Shown: positions 9,473 to 19,789, counted from the stretch's first letter. The stretch is 32,000 nucleotides of DNA from Dickeya dadantii NCPPB 898 (GCF_000406145.1 NZ_CM001976.1:3614232-3646231); one strand, 5' to 3'. Notes: a model not told the origin generated them from the letters alone. A program made the numbers and translations.

Positions 9473-10537
9473 TCACTGATTGGCGCTTCGCGCGCTAAGC
9501 TCTTTATGAACCGAGCGCAGCAATGTCTCTGTACTTTCCCAACTGATGCAGGCATCCGTCACCGATACCCCGTAACGCATGTCGGCGCGCGGTTGTTCGG
9601 AAGACTGATTACCTTCGTGGATATGGCTCTCCAGCATCAGCCCGATAATAGAACGGTTACCGGATTTGATCTGCTCAATCGCGGACTCCACCACCAACGG
9701 CTGCCGACGGTAGTCTTTGCTGGAATTACCGTGGCTACAATCTATCATCAGCGCTGGATTCAGTCCTGCATCGCGCATCTGTTTTTCACACTCAGCCACG
9801 TCTTCCGCGCTGTAATTCGGCTTTTTGCCGCCGCGCAGGATCACGTGTCCATCCGGATTCCCCTGCGTCTGCAGTAAGCAAACCTGACCACTCTGATTGA
9901 TACCGACAAAACGATGCGGCATTGATGCGGCTTTCATGGCATTAATGGCGGTTCCCAAACTACCGTCAGTACCGTTCTTGAAACCCACCGGCATTGATAA
10001 CCCGGAGGCCATCTCGCGGTGAGTCTGGGATTCGGTGGTTCTGGCGCCAATCGCCGACCAGCTGAACAAGTCCCCCAGGTATTGCGGGCTATTCGGGTCC
10101 AGTGCTTCGGTCGCCAGCGGCAACCCCATGTTGACCAGCTTAAGCAGCAAATCGCGGGCGATATGCAGCCCCGCCTCCATATCAAAGGAACCATCCATGT
10201 AGGGATCGTTGATCAACCCTTTCCAGCCGACAGTGGTACGGGGTTTTTCAAAATAGACACGCATGACGATATACAGCCGATCGCTCAATTCGGCTGACAG
10301 AGATTGCAGACGACGCGCGTAATCCAACGCGGCATCCGTATCATGAATAGAACAGGGACCACACACCACCAGAAGACGCTTGTCGTTGCCATGAATAATG
10401 TCAGCAATAGTTTTACGCGACAGAGCAATCGCCTGCTGCTCCGGCTCATTGAGCGGGAATTTGGCTTTCAGTTCGTCGGGAGTAATAAGAACCTGTTCGG
10501 CGCTGATATTAATATTATTGAGCGTGTCTTTTTGCAT
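9473..10537 (-). CDS. aroF: Tyr-sensitive 3-deoxy-7-phosphoheptulonate (DAHP) synthase
   Basis: The 354-aa protein is collinear with E. coli AroF (MQKD.LNN..., KPRTTVGWKGLINDP, class I-alpha DAHPS). It lies 12 nt upstream of tyrA in the same operon, as in E. coli. Confidence 0.96.
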   Translation of the reverse strand: MQKDTLNNINISAEQVLITPDELKAKFPLNEPEQQAIALSRKTIADIIHGNDKRLLVVCGPCSIHDTDAALDYARRLQSLSAELSDRLYIVMRVYFEKPRTTVGWKGLINDPYMDGSFDMEAGLHIARDLLLKLVNMGLPLATEALDPNSPQYLGDLFSWSAIGARTTESQTHREMASGLSMPVGFKNGTDGSLGTAINAMKAASMPHRFVGINQSGQVCLLQTQGNPDGHVILRGGKKPNYSAEDVAECEKQMRDAGLNPALMIDCSHGNSSKDYRRQPLVVESAIEQIKSGNRSIIGLMLESHIHEGNQSSEQPRADMRYGVSVTDACISWESTETLLRSVHKELSARSANQ

Positions 10538-10620
10538 GATGATGATCCTGTGTATTCCTTTGGTATGAAGGGAGCGATTTCGTCATTGTCAGTAACAGGT
10601 TCACACCTTAGCACACAGGT

Positions 10621-10680
10621 CGTAAATTTTTCAAGCCATAGGTGTAAAGTTAAAATTACTCTCGTAAAACGGGTTAGACA
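10621..10680. promoter_or_regulatory. Three candidate TyrR boxes overlapping the aroF promoter
   Basis: The consensus is TGTAAA-N6-TTTACA. Box 10643-10660 (TGTAAAgttaaaATTACT) matches 10/12. Box 10663-10680 (CGTAAAacgggtTAGACA) matches 9/12. Box 10621-10638 (CGTAAAtttttcAAGCCA) matches 7/12. All three keep the G-N14-C spacing. A minus-strand TTGAAA (-35, 10629-10634) overlaps the weakest box. Confidence 0.55.
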
Positions 10681-11177
10681 TCACAAAAATAACGAACGAC
10701 TACCAGACGAGCCTCACCGCTGAATACCGTAATTCATTGAAAGCGAGGAAAGTTTTTAACCTGACGCCACTTTTCGGGTATTCAGCGGCAGAAAATCAGC
10801 AATGCTGAAATGATTTCGAAGCCTAATGATGTTACTGGTGATATTTGACGAGTGCAGAATAGTTCCCTCTCAGAACAGACAGCTAAGTGGCTGCTTAAAC
10901 CGCAACAAACCACATGGCTGGCAAAAATGCCGAGCGCCAACGGCACTCAACCCGTAAACAAAAATATACAGCCATTATTCAGCATCATCGCAACTATTCC
11001 TTGTAGCGGCCATGACCGTATGCTGCCGGGGTCGGGAAATCGGAAAGGCATCGGCGCTGAATGGAGTGGTAAACGTTAATCAGGCACAGTGCATTGAAAT
11101 CATTAAAGGAAAAACAGGAAATTGCGTAATATTAGGCCGTATCTCTCCATTCTGATGCTGTCAAAACAGGTTCAATC

Positions 11178-11555
11178 ATGAGAAACGGTATAGTGTTGAT
11201 AGGGTTGTTGCTCCTCTCCGGGTGCCAGTCCATTCCGTCGGTATCGCCGACTAAAGGCGAGTCCAGTTTTTGGTATGACACGGGATATAAGGATGCCACC
11301 AACGGTATGGTTGTCAGGGATAACGAAACGCTGTCGGAATGGTCTGGCAATCCGGAGGTTGATCGCCATGCCTATCTGACTGGGTATAGGGCCAGGCAGA
11401 CAGAATGGTGCCACCCCGATAATGTCACCGCCTGGGGCCGTGCAGGAAAGTCCTTCCCGGCTGGCTGCGATGGTGTCAATAACGCAGAGAAACTGAAAAA
11501 AGTGTGGCAATACGCGGCGGATGAATCGACCCTTCGTCACAGGTCAACCGACTGA
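11178..11555 (+). CDS. yfiL: Small lipoprotein, YfiL-like (DUF2799-type)
   Basis: The signal peptide has an LLLSGC lipobox (MRNGIVLIGLLLLSGCQS). The protein is Cys-containing and 125 aa. It is divergent from aroF, exactly where yfiL sits in E. coli. The family assignment is from memory and synteny. Confidence 0.6.
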   Translation: MRNGIVLIGLLLLSGCQSIPSVSPTKGESSFWYDTGYKDATNGMVVRDNETLSEWSGNPEVDRHAYLTGYRARQTEWCHPDNVTAWGRAGKSFPAGCDGVNNAEKLKKVWQYAADESTLRHRSTD

Positions 11556-11920
11556 TTTACCCCTACTCTCTCCAAATAGACTCTACTAAGTTCTTGAGTA
11601 GCACTGTATGAACCGGCCAGCGAGCCGCTGGCAAGGGCATCCTACTCGCTATGCTTCCCCCGCTTTCCCGACGCTTTCATCATCAGTCCGCCTGATTATC
11701 CTGCCTACTTTGTTGCCTGCTGACACGGCTTTCGGATAAATCAGCTACCCCTGATGGTAAATCAAACTTATAATAACAAAAATAAATCATAACAATCCGC
11801 AACCACCTGCTGACATCAAATGGAATTGAACGCACACATTCGTTTTGTATTGCCATCATTGCCCTGGTCGAACATTCACCGCTTTTATTCACGCAATAAG
11901 CTGGCAAACAGGACTTTATT

Positions 11921-12859
11921 ATGAAAAGTACGTCATCGCACTCCGGACAAGGACAGCTACTGTCTCATCACTTAAGCTCACCTGATGATCATTACGCCAC
12001 GCTCGACGCGGTTAGATCAAGAATTCGCCAGGCCGGCGATCTCCCCGGTGCGACGGTGGAAGAGCAAATCGCGATTGCCGAAGAAATGGCTACATTCGAC
12101 CTCGGGCAATTTCTTTTGGCGCACCGAGGGTTGAACGCCTACTGGACTCATAATCTGGTCACCTATCCTTCCACCACCGCAACACGGTCATCCCACAGCG
12201 ATCTGGAAAAATTGATCTACGAACAATTGCCCGCCGTACTCGCCACCCGTGAACGATTCGGTATTTTCCGCCAGCAGTTACAGTCACGGCTGCGTAACGG
12301 AATGGTATTGGCCTCTGTTCCCTGCGGGCTGATGGGCGATTTGCTGTTGCTGGATTATTCACATCATCAGGATGTGCGGTTAATCGGTGCAGACTTGGAT
12401 CTGCAGGCGCTGGAAGCCGCGAATTCACTGGCTAAACAACAGCATTGCGACGATCGCATCACGTTGTTGCAGTGCGACGCCTGGTCATTACAACTGCCAG
12501 AACCCGCGGATGTCCTGACCAGTAATGGACTCAACGTTTATGAACCCGATGATGAAAAAGTGACGGACCTCTATCGGGCATTCAATCAGGCACTAAAACC
12601 TGGGGGTACGTTGATCACCAGTTTCCTAACGCCGCCCCCGGTGTTATCTGCAGAATCAACCTGGCAGGTCACCGAGGAAGAACAGCGCTTACTTCCCTTA
12701 CAACACCTACTGTTTTCACGCATTCTGGAAGCCAAATGGACGGCATTCCGTACCCATTCCCAGACGCAGCGCCAGTTGGAACAAGCAGGATTCAGCGACA
12801 TACATTTTATTGATGACCGCATGCGGATGTTCCCGACCGTAATCGCCCGGAAAGCGTAA
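11921..12859 (+). CDS. Class I SAM-dependent methyltransferase (unknown substrate)
   Basis: The 312-aa ORF has an SD (AGGA) 7 nt upstream. The C-terminal half has Rossmann-fold MTase-like motifs: VLASVPCGLMGDLL (motif I-like), an acidic LIGADLD, DVLTSNGLNVYEPD and LKPGGTLITSF. The N-terminal 130 aa or so are unassigned. Confidence 0.65.
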   Translation: MKSTSSHSGQGQLLSHHLSSPDDHYATLDAVRSRIRQAGDLPGATVEEQIAIAEEMATFDLGQFLLAHRGLNAYWTHNLVTYPSTTATRSSHSDLEKLIYEQLPAVLATRERFGIFRQQLQSRLRNGMVLASVPCGLMGDLLLLDYSHHQDVRLIGADLDLQALEAANSLAKQQHCDDRITLLQCDAWSLQLPEPADVLTSNGLNVYEPDDEKVTDLYRAFNQALKPGGTLITSFLTPPPVLSAESTWQVTEEEQRLLPLQHLLFSRILEAKWTAFRTHSQTQRQLEQAGFSDIHFIDDRMRMFPTVIARKA

Positions 12860-12887
12860 AACGCCGCATAACGCAAATAAGGCGCAA

Positions 12888-12916
12888 AGAAAAAGGGGTG
12901 GCATTTGCCACCCCTT
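12888..12916 (-). terminator. Intrinsic terminator of the rpsP-rimM-trmD-rplS operon
   Basis: Stem aaggggtggc (12893-12902), loop attt, stem gccacccctt (12907-12916). On the minus strand it is followed by TTTTTCTTT. It lies 30 nt after the rplS stop. Confidence 0.85.
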
Positions 12917-12946
12917 ATCGCTTTCGGATGTTGCGAAAGCGTATGC

Positions 12947-13309
<363 letters not shown>

Positions 13310-13356
13310 CTAGGTAAACTGATATTTGGGTTCGCCCGGCGCTGCCGCAACGGCCC

Positions 13357-14112
13357 CTAATACTCATGTTGTTCGGACTGATATTCCTGTTGGAACTCAG
13401 TCAACAACGTTGCTTGCTCGTCAGTCAGAGCTAGGCTTTTCAGAAGTTCAGGTCTTCTAAGCCAGGTTCGGCCCAGCGACTGCTTCAAACGCCAGCGGCG
13501 TATTTCCGCATGGTTGCCCGACAGCAATACCGCCGGCACATCCATACCTTCCAACACTTCAGGCCGGGTATAGTGAGGACAATCCAGCAATCCATCGGCA
13601 AAAGAATCTTCTTGTGCCGATGCTTCATGACCCAGTACGCCGGGAATAAACCGGGCGACCGAATCAATCAGCGTCATTGCCGGCAGCTCGCCACCACTGA
13701 GAACGTAATCACCGATTGACCATTCTTCGTCAATTTCGGTTTTAATGACACGCTCATCAATGCCCTCGTACCTTCCGCAAACCAGAATCATCTTCTGATG
13801 TGCGGCGAGTTGACGTACGCCTTGCTGATCCAGTTTGCGACCCTGCGGTGACAGATAAATCACCCGAGCCCCTTCGCCTGCCGCTGCTTTCGCTGCATGG
13901 ATGGCATCCCGCAAGGGTTGCACCATCATCAGCATACCGGGACCGCCGCCGTAAGGGCGATCGTCCACAGTGCGATGCCGATCGTAAGTGAAGTCGCGAG
14001 GACTCCAGTACTGTACGCTCAGCAGGCCATTTTTAACTGCCCGGCCTGTGACTCCATAATCAGTAATGGCGCGGAACATCTCAGGAAACAGGCTAATCAC
14101 CCCAATCCACAT
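13357..14112 (-). CDS. trmD: tRNA (guanine37-N1)-methyltransferase
   Basis: From ATG 14112 ([25 protein letters not shown]...) the protein is collinear with E. coli TrmD. The ORF-track start at 14154 would overlap the rimM stop codon and adds 14 non-homologous residues. Confidence 0.96.
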   Translation of the reverse strand: MWIGVISLFPEMFRAITDYGVTGRAVKNGLLSVQYWSPRDFTYDRHRTVDDRPYGGGPGMLMMVQPLRDAIHAAKAAAGEGARVIYLSPQGRKLDQQGVRQLAAHQKMILVCGRYEGIDERVIKTEIDEEWSIGDYVLSGGELPAMTLIDSVARFIPGVLGHEASAQEDSFADGLLDCPHYTRPEVLEGMDVPAVLLSGNHAEIRRWRLKQSLGRTWLRRPELLKSLALTDEQATLLTEFQQEYQSEQHEY

Positions 14113-14150
14113 AGCGCCGTTCCACTCATTGACTGCAGATTCTACAGAGT

Positions 14151-14699
14151 TCAAAAACCAGGGTCCCAGTCTACGTCAATACGATGCGTAGACAGGTCAA
14201 CGTGCTTGATAACCTGTTCGGTCAGAAACGGAATCAACCGTTCCTTGACTCCGTAAGCATCTTTCAGGTTAGCTCTTACCACCAGAACGTCGTTAGAACC
14301 GGTTTCCATCATGTCGATGACTTTTCCCAGCTCATAGCCACCTATGGTGACGACGTCGCAGCCAATAAGATCTTTCCAGTAATAATCACCCTCACCCAGT
14401 TCAGGCAGTTGGGCCGAATCTACGACAATTTCGCAATTGGTCAGTAAATTCGCCGCATCCCGATCGTCAATATCTTTGATCTTGATGACCAGGTCCTGAT
14501 TATGGTGCCGCCAGCTCTCGATCTCGATCGGTTGCCACAGCCCCTTATTCCGGATGAACCAGGGTTGATAATCAAAAATGCTTTCGGCGTCTTCGGTGGA
14601 TGAAAATACCCTGAGCCAACCTTTGATGCCGTACGTCGACCCCATTTTCCCCAATGTGATCGGGTTGACCGGGGCTTTCGGGCTGAGTTGCTTGCTCAT
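14151..14699 (-). CDS. rimM: Ribosome maturation factor RimM
   Basis: From ATG 14699 ([33 protein letters not shown]...) the protein is 182 aa, as in E. coli RimM, and ends ...DWDPGF. Confidence 0.95.
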   Translation of the reverse strand: MSKQLSPKAPVNPITLGKMGSTYGIKGWLRVFSSTEDAESIFDYQPWFIRNKGLWQPIEIESWRHHNQDLVIKIKDIDDRDAANLLTNCEIVVDSAQLPELGEGDYYWKDLIGCDVVTIGGYELGKVIDMMETGSNDVLVVRANLKDAYGVKERLIPFLTEQVIKHVDLSTHRIDVDWDPGF

Positions 14700-14717
14700 T
14701 ACCACCACCGCAACAGA

Positions 14718-14966
14718 TTACGCTGCTTTTTTCGCGTCTTTGATCAGCGCGGAAACGCGATCAGAAACGGTAGCGCCCTGGCCAACCCAGTGCTCGATAC
14801 GGTCAAGATCCAGGCGCAGGCCTTCTGCTTTACCGGTAGCGATCGGGTTGAAGAAACCTACGCGCTCAATGAAACGACCGTCGCGCGCATTGCGGCTATC
14901 GGTCACAACGACTTGATAGAACGGGCGTTTTTTAGCGCCGCCACGTGCCAAACGAATTGTTACCAT
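14718..14966 (-). CDS. rpsP: 30S ribosomal protein S16
   Basis: From ATG 14966 the protein ([21 protein letters not shown]...) is 82 aa, as in E. coli S16. The ORF-track start at 15026 is an upstream in-frame artefact. Confidence 0.97.
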   Translation of the reverse strand: MVTIRLARGGAKKRPFYQVVVTDSRNARDGRFIERVGFFNPIATGKAEGLRLDLDRIEHWVGQGATVSDRVSALIKDAKKAA

Positions 14967-15041
14967 AACATCCTCTTTAGTTAATAAAACAACCGGGCCC
15001 CATCGAGGAACGGGGCCCAGTGTCATATAAAAAGCCCGAAT

Positions 15042-15069
15042 ATTTTACTCATTTTGGTGCAAAAAGCAA
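15042..15069 (-). promoter_or_regulatory. Candidate sigma70 promoter of the rpsP operon
   Basis: On the minus strand: TTGCTT (15064-15069), a 16-nt spacer, then TAAAAT (15042-15047). It lies about 75 nt upstream of the rpsP start. Confidence 0.5.
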
Positions 15070-15125
15070 TCTAAAACCATGCATTCGCACCACCGACTTT
15101 TCTGTCGGGGTCACATTTCCCCGAC

Positions 15126-16487
15126 TCAGCGTCCCGGAAAACCTGGCGGCATCATCCCTTTCATGCCGCGCATCATCTTGGCCAGGCCGCCATTCTTCAT
15201 CTTTTTCATCATGCGCTGCATATCATCAAACTGTTTTAGCAGTCGGTTGACATCCTGCACCTGCATGCCGGACCCCATCGCAATGCGACGCTTACGCGAA
15301 CCTTTGATGATCTCCGGTTTGGCGCGCTCCTGTTGCGTCATGGAGTTGATGATCGCCTCCATCCGCACCAGCACCTTGTCATCCATCTGCGATTTCACGT
15401 TATCCGGAATCTGCCCCATGCCCGGCAGCTTGCTCATCATGCTGGCCATACCGCCCATATTGCGCATCTGCTTTAGCTGATCCAGGAAATCGGTCAGATC
15501 AAAGCCATCGCCTTTCTTCAGTTTTTTAGCCAGTTTCTCGGCCTGAGAACGGTCGACCTTGCTTTCCAGTTCCTCAATCAGCGAGAGCACATCGCCCATA
15601 CCGAGAATGCGCGAAGCGATACGGTCCGGGTAGAAAGGCTCCAGCGCGTCGGTCTTCTCGCCGACGCCCAGGAATTTGATCGGTTTGCCGGTAATATGGC
15701 GGATAGACAGCGCCGCACCACCACGGGCATCACCATCGATCTTGGTCAGAATCACCCCGGTCAACGGCAGCGCTTCGTTAAAAGCTTTAGCCGTATTCGC
15801 CGCATCCTGACCGGTCATAGCGTCAACCACAAACAGGGTTTCCACCGGATTGATCGACGCATGTACCTGCTTGATTTCGTCCATCATGGCGTCATCGACA
15901 TGCAAACGACCGGCGGTATCCACCAGCAGAACATCGTAGAACTTCAGTTTGGCGTGCTGCAACGCGCGGTTAACGATATCGATAGGCTTTTCATGCGCTT
16001 CCGAGGGGAAGAAATCAACGCCAACGGTCTCCGCCAGCGTTTCCAACTGCTTGATCGCCGCAGGGCGATACACGTCCGCCGACACGACCAGCACTTTCTT
16101 CTTCTGTTTTTCACGCAGGAATTTACCCAGCTTACCAACGCTGGTGGTTTTACCCGCCCCTTGCAGGCCCGCCATCAGCACCACCGCCGGCGGCTGTGCG
16201 GCCAGATTGAGCGCCTGGTTGACTTCGCCCATGGCGGTCACCAGCTCGTTCTGAACAATCTTGACGAACTCTTGCCCCGGCGTCAGGCTCTTGTTGACGT
16301 CGTGACCAACCGCCTGCTCTTTTACACGATTGATGAAATCACGCACCACCGGCAGCGCCACGTCCGCTTCCAGCAGCGCCATACGGACTTCACGCAGCGT
16401 ATCCTTGATATTGTCTTCCGTCAGCCGCCCACGGCCGCTGATATTGCGCAGAGTGCGCGATAGTCGATCGGTTAAATTTTCAAACAT
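15126..16487 (-). CDS. ffh: Signal recognition particle protein Ffh
   Basis: The protein is 453 aa, the same length as E. coli Ffh. It has the N and G domains (GLQGAGKTT, DTAGR, TKIDGD) and a Met-rich M domain. Confidence 0.98.
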   Translation of the reverse strand: MFENLTDRLSRTLRNISGRGRLTEDNIKDTLREVRMALLEADVALPVVRDFINRVKEQAVGHDVNKSLTPGQEFVKIVQNELVTAMGEVNQALNLAAQPPAVVLMAGLQGAGKTTSVGKLGKFLREKQKKKVLVVSADVYRPAAIKQLETLAETVGVDFFPSEAHEKPIDIVNRALQHAKLKFYDVLLVDTAGRLHVDDAMMDEIKQVHASINPVETLFVVDAMTGQDAANTAKAFNEALPLTGVILTKIDGDARGGAALSIRHITGKPIKFLGVGEKTDALEPFYPDRIASRILGMGDVLSLIEELESKVDRSQAEKLAKKLKKGDGFDLTDFLDQLKQMRNMGGMASMMSKLPGMGQIPDNVKSQMDDKVLVRMEAIINSMTQQERAKPEIIKGSRKRRIAMGSGMQVQDVNRLLKQFDDMQRMMKKMKNGGLAKMMRGMKGMMPPGFPGR

Positions 16488-16588
16488 ATCTCATGCTCAA
16501 TGTGAAACTGGCCGCTACCGCGACGCGAACAACGAGGAGTATAACACGAAAGCCAGACCAATCTGCGTGCGCCGGCACGGATAACTGG

Positions 16589-16617
16589 TTGGTGGCGGTG
16601 GCGACTAAGGCTATACT
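16589..16617 (+). promoter_or_regulatory. Candidate sigma70 promoter of ypjD
   Basis: TTGGTG (16589-16594), a 17-nt spacer, then TATACT (16612-16617). It lies about 40 nt upstream of the ypjD ATG. Confidence 0.4.
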
Positions 16618-16659
16618 GACCCTTCATTTTACTCAGTTGATATTGAATAACCTATCGCT

Positions 16660-17454
16660 ATGTCTGTCTTCGCCATTGTAGCTTTAGCGGCCTATTTCCT
16701 CAGTCTGGGGCTGATTATTCCCAGTCTGGTGCGAAAAAACGGAACCTACCGCCGTCTGGCAGTGGTATCCGCTACGATCGCCCTGGTCTGCCATGCAGTG
16801 GCCTTGTATCAGCGTATTTTCGATGTTCAGGTCGGACAAAACCTGAGCCTGCTGAACATCGGGTCCCTCATTAGCCTGATTATCTGCACGGTCATGACCA
16901 TTGTAGCGTCGCGCAATCGCGGTTGGTTCCTGCTGCCCATCGTCTATACCTTTGCATTCATTAATCTGGCGTTCGCCAGTTTCATGCCGGGTGAGTTTAT
17001 TACCCACCTCGAAGCGATGCCCGGTTTAATGGTGCATATCGGTCTGGCGCTGTTTGCCTACGCCACGCTGATGATTGCCGCGTTGTATGCGCTGCAACTG
17101 GCATTGCTGGACTACATGCTGAAAACCAAGAAATTGGGCTTTGCCGCCGACATGCCGCCGCTGCTGGGCATCGAACGCAAGATGTTCCACATTACCCAGA
17201 TTGGCGTCATCCTGCTGACGCTGACGCTATGCACCGGCCTTATCTACATGAACGATTTGCTCAGCAATAAAGAGAACCTGCATAAGGCGTTGTTCTCCCT
17301 GCTGGCATGGTTTGTCTACATTCTGCTGCTCTGGGGGCACTACCACGAAGGCTGGCGCGGACGCCGGGTCGTGTGGTTCAACCTCATCGGCGCCCTGTTG
17401 CTGACGCTCTCCTACTTCGGCAGTCGGGTAATCCAGAACTTCCTGGCGCATTGA
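16660..17454 (+). CDS. ypjD: Inner membrane protein YpjD (cytochrome c assembly protein / CcsA-like family)
   Basis: The 264-aa polytopic membrane protein is divergent from ffh, as in E. coli (YpjD, 263 aa). Confidence 0.85.
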   Translation: MSVFAIVALAAYFLSLGLIIPSLVRKNGTYRRLAVVSATIALVCHAVALYQRIFDVQVGQNLSLLNIGSLISLIICTVMTIVASRNRGWFLLPIVYTFAFINLAFASFMPGEFITHLEAMPGLMVHIGLALFAYATLMIAALYALQLALLDYMLKTKKLGFAADMPPLLGIERKMFHITQIGVILLTLTLCTGLIYMNDLLSNKENLHKALFSLLAWFVYILLLWGHYHEGWRGRRVVWFNLIGALLLTLSYFGSRVIQNFLAH

Positions 17455-17488
17455 CCGCCGTCGCGGCTTAAGCACTTTATCAAGCGCA

Positions 17489-17518
17489 TAAAAAAAGAGA
17501 GCCTCGCTCTCTTTTTTA
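17489..17518. terminator. Bidirectional intrinsic terminator between ypjD and luxS
   Basis: aaaaaaa-GAGAGC-ctc-GCTCTC-tttttt. The 6-bp stem (17497-17502 / 17506-17511) is flanked by an A run and a T run, so it can serve both convergent genes. Confidence 0.75.
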
Positions 17519-17546
17519 CTGTCACACGCTAACGTAAGTCCGCAAG

Positions 17547-18062
17547 TCAGATGTGCAATTCCGCCAGTTTGTCTTTCGGCAACGCCAGATCGTCGTTTTT
17601 GTTGACCAGAACGTCGTGATCCAAAATGTGGCGTGCAATGTCCTGCGCTTCGGTCAGGGAATGCATTTCATAGGTGCCGCATTGATACTCGTTCAGTTCC
17701 GGGATTTTACGCTGGTCGGTGACCTTAAGCACATCCGTCATGGCCGCTTTCCAGGCGTCCGCCACACGTTGCTCTTCCGGCGTGCCAATCAGGCTCATGT
17801 AGAAGCCGGTACGGCAACCCATAGGCGAGATATCGATGATTTCCACGCCGTCACCGTTAAGGTGGTCACGCATGAAACCAGCGAACAAGTGCTCCAGCGT
17901 GTGGATACCACGCTCCGGCATGATCTCCTGGTTAGGACGACAGAAACGCAGATCAAACACGGTAATCGTATCACCATGAGGGGTTGTCATGGTTTTGGCC
18001 ACCCGAACGGCCGGCGCAGCCATACGAGTATGATCGACAGTAAAACTATCTAGTAATGGCAT
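17547..18062 (-). CDS. luxS: S-ribosylhomocysteine lyase (AI-2 synthase)
   Basis: The 171-aa protein begins [22 protein letters not shown] and contains the HTLEHL metal-binding motif. It matches E. coli LuxS in length and sequence. Confidence 0.97.
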   Translation of the reverse strand: MPLLDSFTVDHTRMAAPAVRVAKTMTTPHGDTITVFDLRFCRPNQEIMPERGIHTLEHLFAGFMRDHLNGDGVEIIDISPMGCRTGFYMSLIGTPEEQRVADAWKAAMTDVLKVTDQRKIPELNEYQCGTYEMHSLTEAQDIARHILDHDVLVNKNDDLALPKDKLAELHI

Positions 18063-18101
18063 CTTGCCACCTCCTCATGAAAAATTTATTTCTCGTTTCC
18101 A

Positions 18102-18131
18102 GGAAACTTTTCTTACCGGTACCGGTCATAA
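18102..18131 (+). promoter_or_regulatory. SigmaE-type promoter of micA
   Basis: GGAAACTT (18102-18109; consensus GGAACTT), a 16-nt spacer, then TCATAA (18126-18131; the consensus has a TC..A core). It ends 5 nt before the inferred MicA +1. MicA is a known sigmaE regulon member in E. coli and Salmonella. Confidence 0.5.
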
Positions 18132-18136
18132 TAAAT

Positions 18137-18217
18137 GAAAGACGCGCATTTATTATCATCATCCCTATTATCAGAGATGTTTCTTTGGCCACCCGATGAC
18201 AATCGAGTGGCCTTTTC
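18137..18217 (+). ncRNA. micA: MicA (SraD) Hfq-dependent sRNA
   Basis: GAAAGACGCGCATTTATTATCATCATCCCT differs at one position from the E. coli MicA 5' seed (GAAAGACGCGCATTTGTTATCATCATCCCT). It is followed by ..CAGAGATG.. and a terminator: GGCCAC (18187-18192) / GTGGCC (18207-18212) plus TTTTCTTTT. The position between luxS and gshA is conserved. Confidence 0.9.
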
Positions 18218-18235
18218 TTTTACCGGCTACCGGCC

Positions 18236-19789
18236 TTACTGTCTGGACAAATAGGCGTCAAAACTCAACGTATCTTCCGACTCCAGTTGACGCTGGTGCT
18301 GCCATGAACGCTCGCACTCAGAGGTAAACTGCACTTCAGACAGAATCTCCAGCGGCTCCTGCGACAGTTGTTCGCGGTACTGCCCGGCCAGTTGCAAACC
18401 AACACCGCCGCTGCCATTTTCCAGCATCATCGCCAGAATCCGGGCGGAGAACGTCTTGTCTGGGTCGTCGAACCCTTCCACCAGTTGGTCGCAGACCTGT
18501 CGATAGTACGACGTAGCCTGCCCCTGATCCAACAATTCCGCAACACGCCGCAGATCCGCAAACAGCGTGCGCCCAACATCAGCAATCGTCTGACGCGTCG
18601 TATCGCAGCCCATGCCTACCGTCTGACCCGGTTTACGGCCTTCCAGGATCACCTGATTCCAGTTTTTACGCGTGCAGAGCAGTTCCGCTTCGCTCATTTC
18701 CGGCGCATCCGCCAGCGCACACCAAATCAGGAACAGGTCGAGGAAGCGAGCCTGTTCGGCGCTGACGCCGGTTGCCGAGAACGGATTAATGTCCAGCGAA
18801 CGCACTTCGATATACTCGATTCCACCACGCAGCAACGCATCGGAAGGCGACTCGCCTGGACGGGTGACGCGTTTCGGCCGAATCGGCGCATATAATTCGT
18901 TTTCGATCTGCAACACATTGGTATTCAACTGCAGATAACGGCCATCTTTTTTGAGACCAATCGCCGCATATTCTTCAGAAGGCGTGTGAATCGCCCTTTT
19001 CAGCGCCGAAACATAGGTGTCCAGGCTGTTGAAGGTAATCCCAAGGTTGCTCTGCGATTTGTTGGTATAGCCCAGATCGCTTAAACGCAGCGATGTGGCG
19101 TACGGCAGATAGAGCATCCCTTTTTCCGAACGCTCAAACGGCAGGTGGGTTTCTTTGCCCTGCAGGAAAGAGGAGCAAATCGCCGGCGATGCACCAAACA
19201 GATACGGAATTACCCAGCCGAAGCGGTAGTAATTACGAATCAGTTGAAAATACCCGGCGGAAATCGCTTCTTTGCCGCTGATAGCGTCGGTAATACCATC
19301 ACGGGCCTGCCAGAATGCCAGCGGCAGCGAAAAGTTATAGTGCACGCCGGAAATGGTCTGCATCAACGCGCCATAACGGTTTTTCAGGCCCTCGCGATAT
19401 AGCGTTTTGAAACGGCCAATATTCGATGAACCATACTGCGCCAGTTCGATATCCTGCCCGGCTTCGATAAAGCAAGGCATACTTAACGGCCACATGCGCT
19501 CATCACCCAGATTACGCGCCACATAACGATGAATATCACGCAAAAAGGCGAGAAGGTGATCAATATCCTTGTCAACCGGCGTAATGAATTCCAGCAATGC
19601 TTCAGCAAAATCCGTGGTAATCCAGGGGTGAGTCAGCGCCGCCCCCAGTTTCTCCGGATGTCCTGTTTTCGCCAGATGTCCATTTGCCATCACGCGCAGT
19701 GTTTCACGCTCAATACCACGCTGGATCCCTTTTATCGACTGAGGATGTTTTTCCAGCCAGGACAGCGCTTTTGATACGTCCGGGATCAA
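18236..19789 (-). CDS. gshA: Glutamate-cysteine ligase
   Basis: The 517-aa protein is collinear with E. coli GshA (518 aa). The start codon is TTG (19787-19789), preceded by GGGAGG at a 5-nt spacing. E. coli gshA is also known to use a TTG start. Confidence 0.96.
   Translation of the reverse strand: MIPDVSKALSWLEKHPQSIKGIQRGIERETLRVMANGHLAKTGHPEKLGAALTHPWITTDFAEALLEFITPVDKDIDHLLAFLRDIHRYVARNLGDERMWPLSMPCFIEAGQDIELAQYGSSNIGRFKTLYREGLKNRYGALMQTISGVHYNFSLPLAFWQARDGITDAISGKEAISAGYFQLIRNYYRFGWVIPYLFGASPAICSSFLQGKETHLPFERSEKGMLYLPYATSLRLSDLGYTNKSQSNLGITFNSLDTYVSALKRAIHTPSEEYAAIGLKKDGRYLQLNTNVLQIENELYAPIRPKRVTRPGESPSDALLRGGIEYIEVRSLDINPFSATGVSAEQARFLDLFLIWCALADAPEMSEAELLCTRKNWNQVILEGRKPGQTVGMGCDTTRQTIADVGRTLFADLRRVAELLDQGQATSYYRQVCDQLVEGFDDPDKTFSARILAMMLENGSGGVGLQLAGQYREQLSQEPLEILSEVQFTSECERSWQHQRQLESEDTLSFDAYLSRQ

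Noticed and set aside
10852-11907. ORFs at 10852-11079 (+), 11132-11350 (-), 11172-11540 (-) and 11683-11907 (-).
   Set aside because: They have no SD and no recognisable domains. They are either antisense to the lipoprotein gene or sit in AT-rich intergenic DNA.
15104-15125. A hairpin, gtcgggg/ccccgac, lies immediately after the ffh stop and could be the ffh terminator.
   Set aside because: No U tract follows it on the minus strand (AGAAAAG follows), so I do not call it an intrinsic terminator. It may still be a stabilising 3' hairpin.
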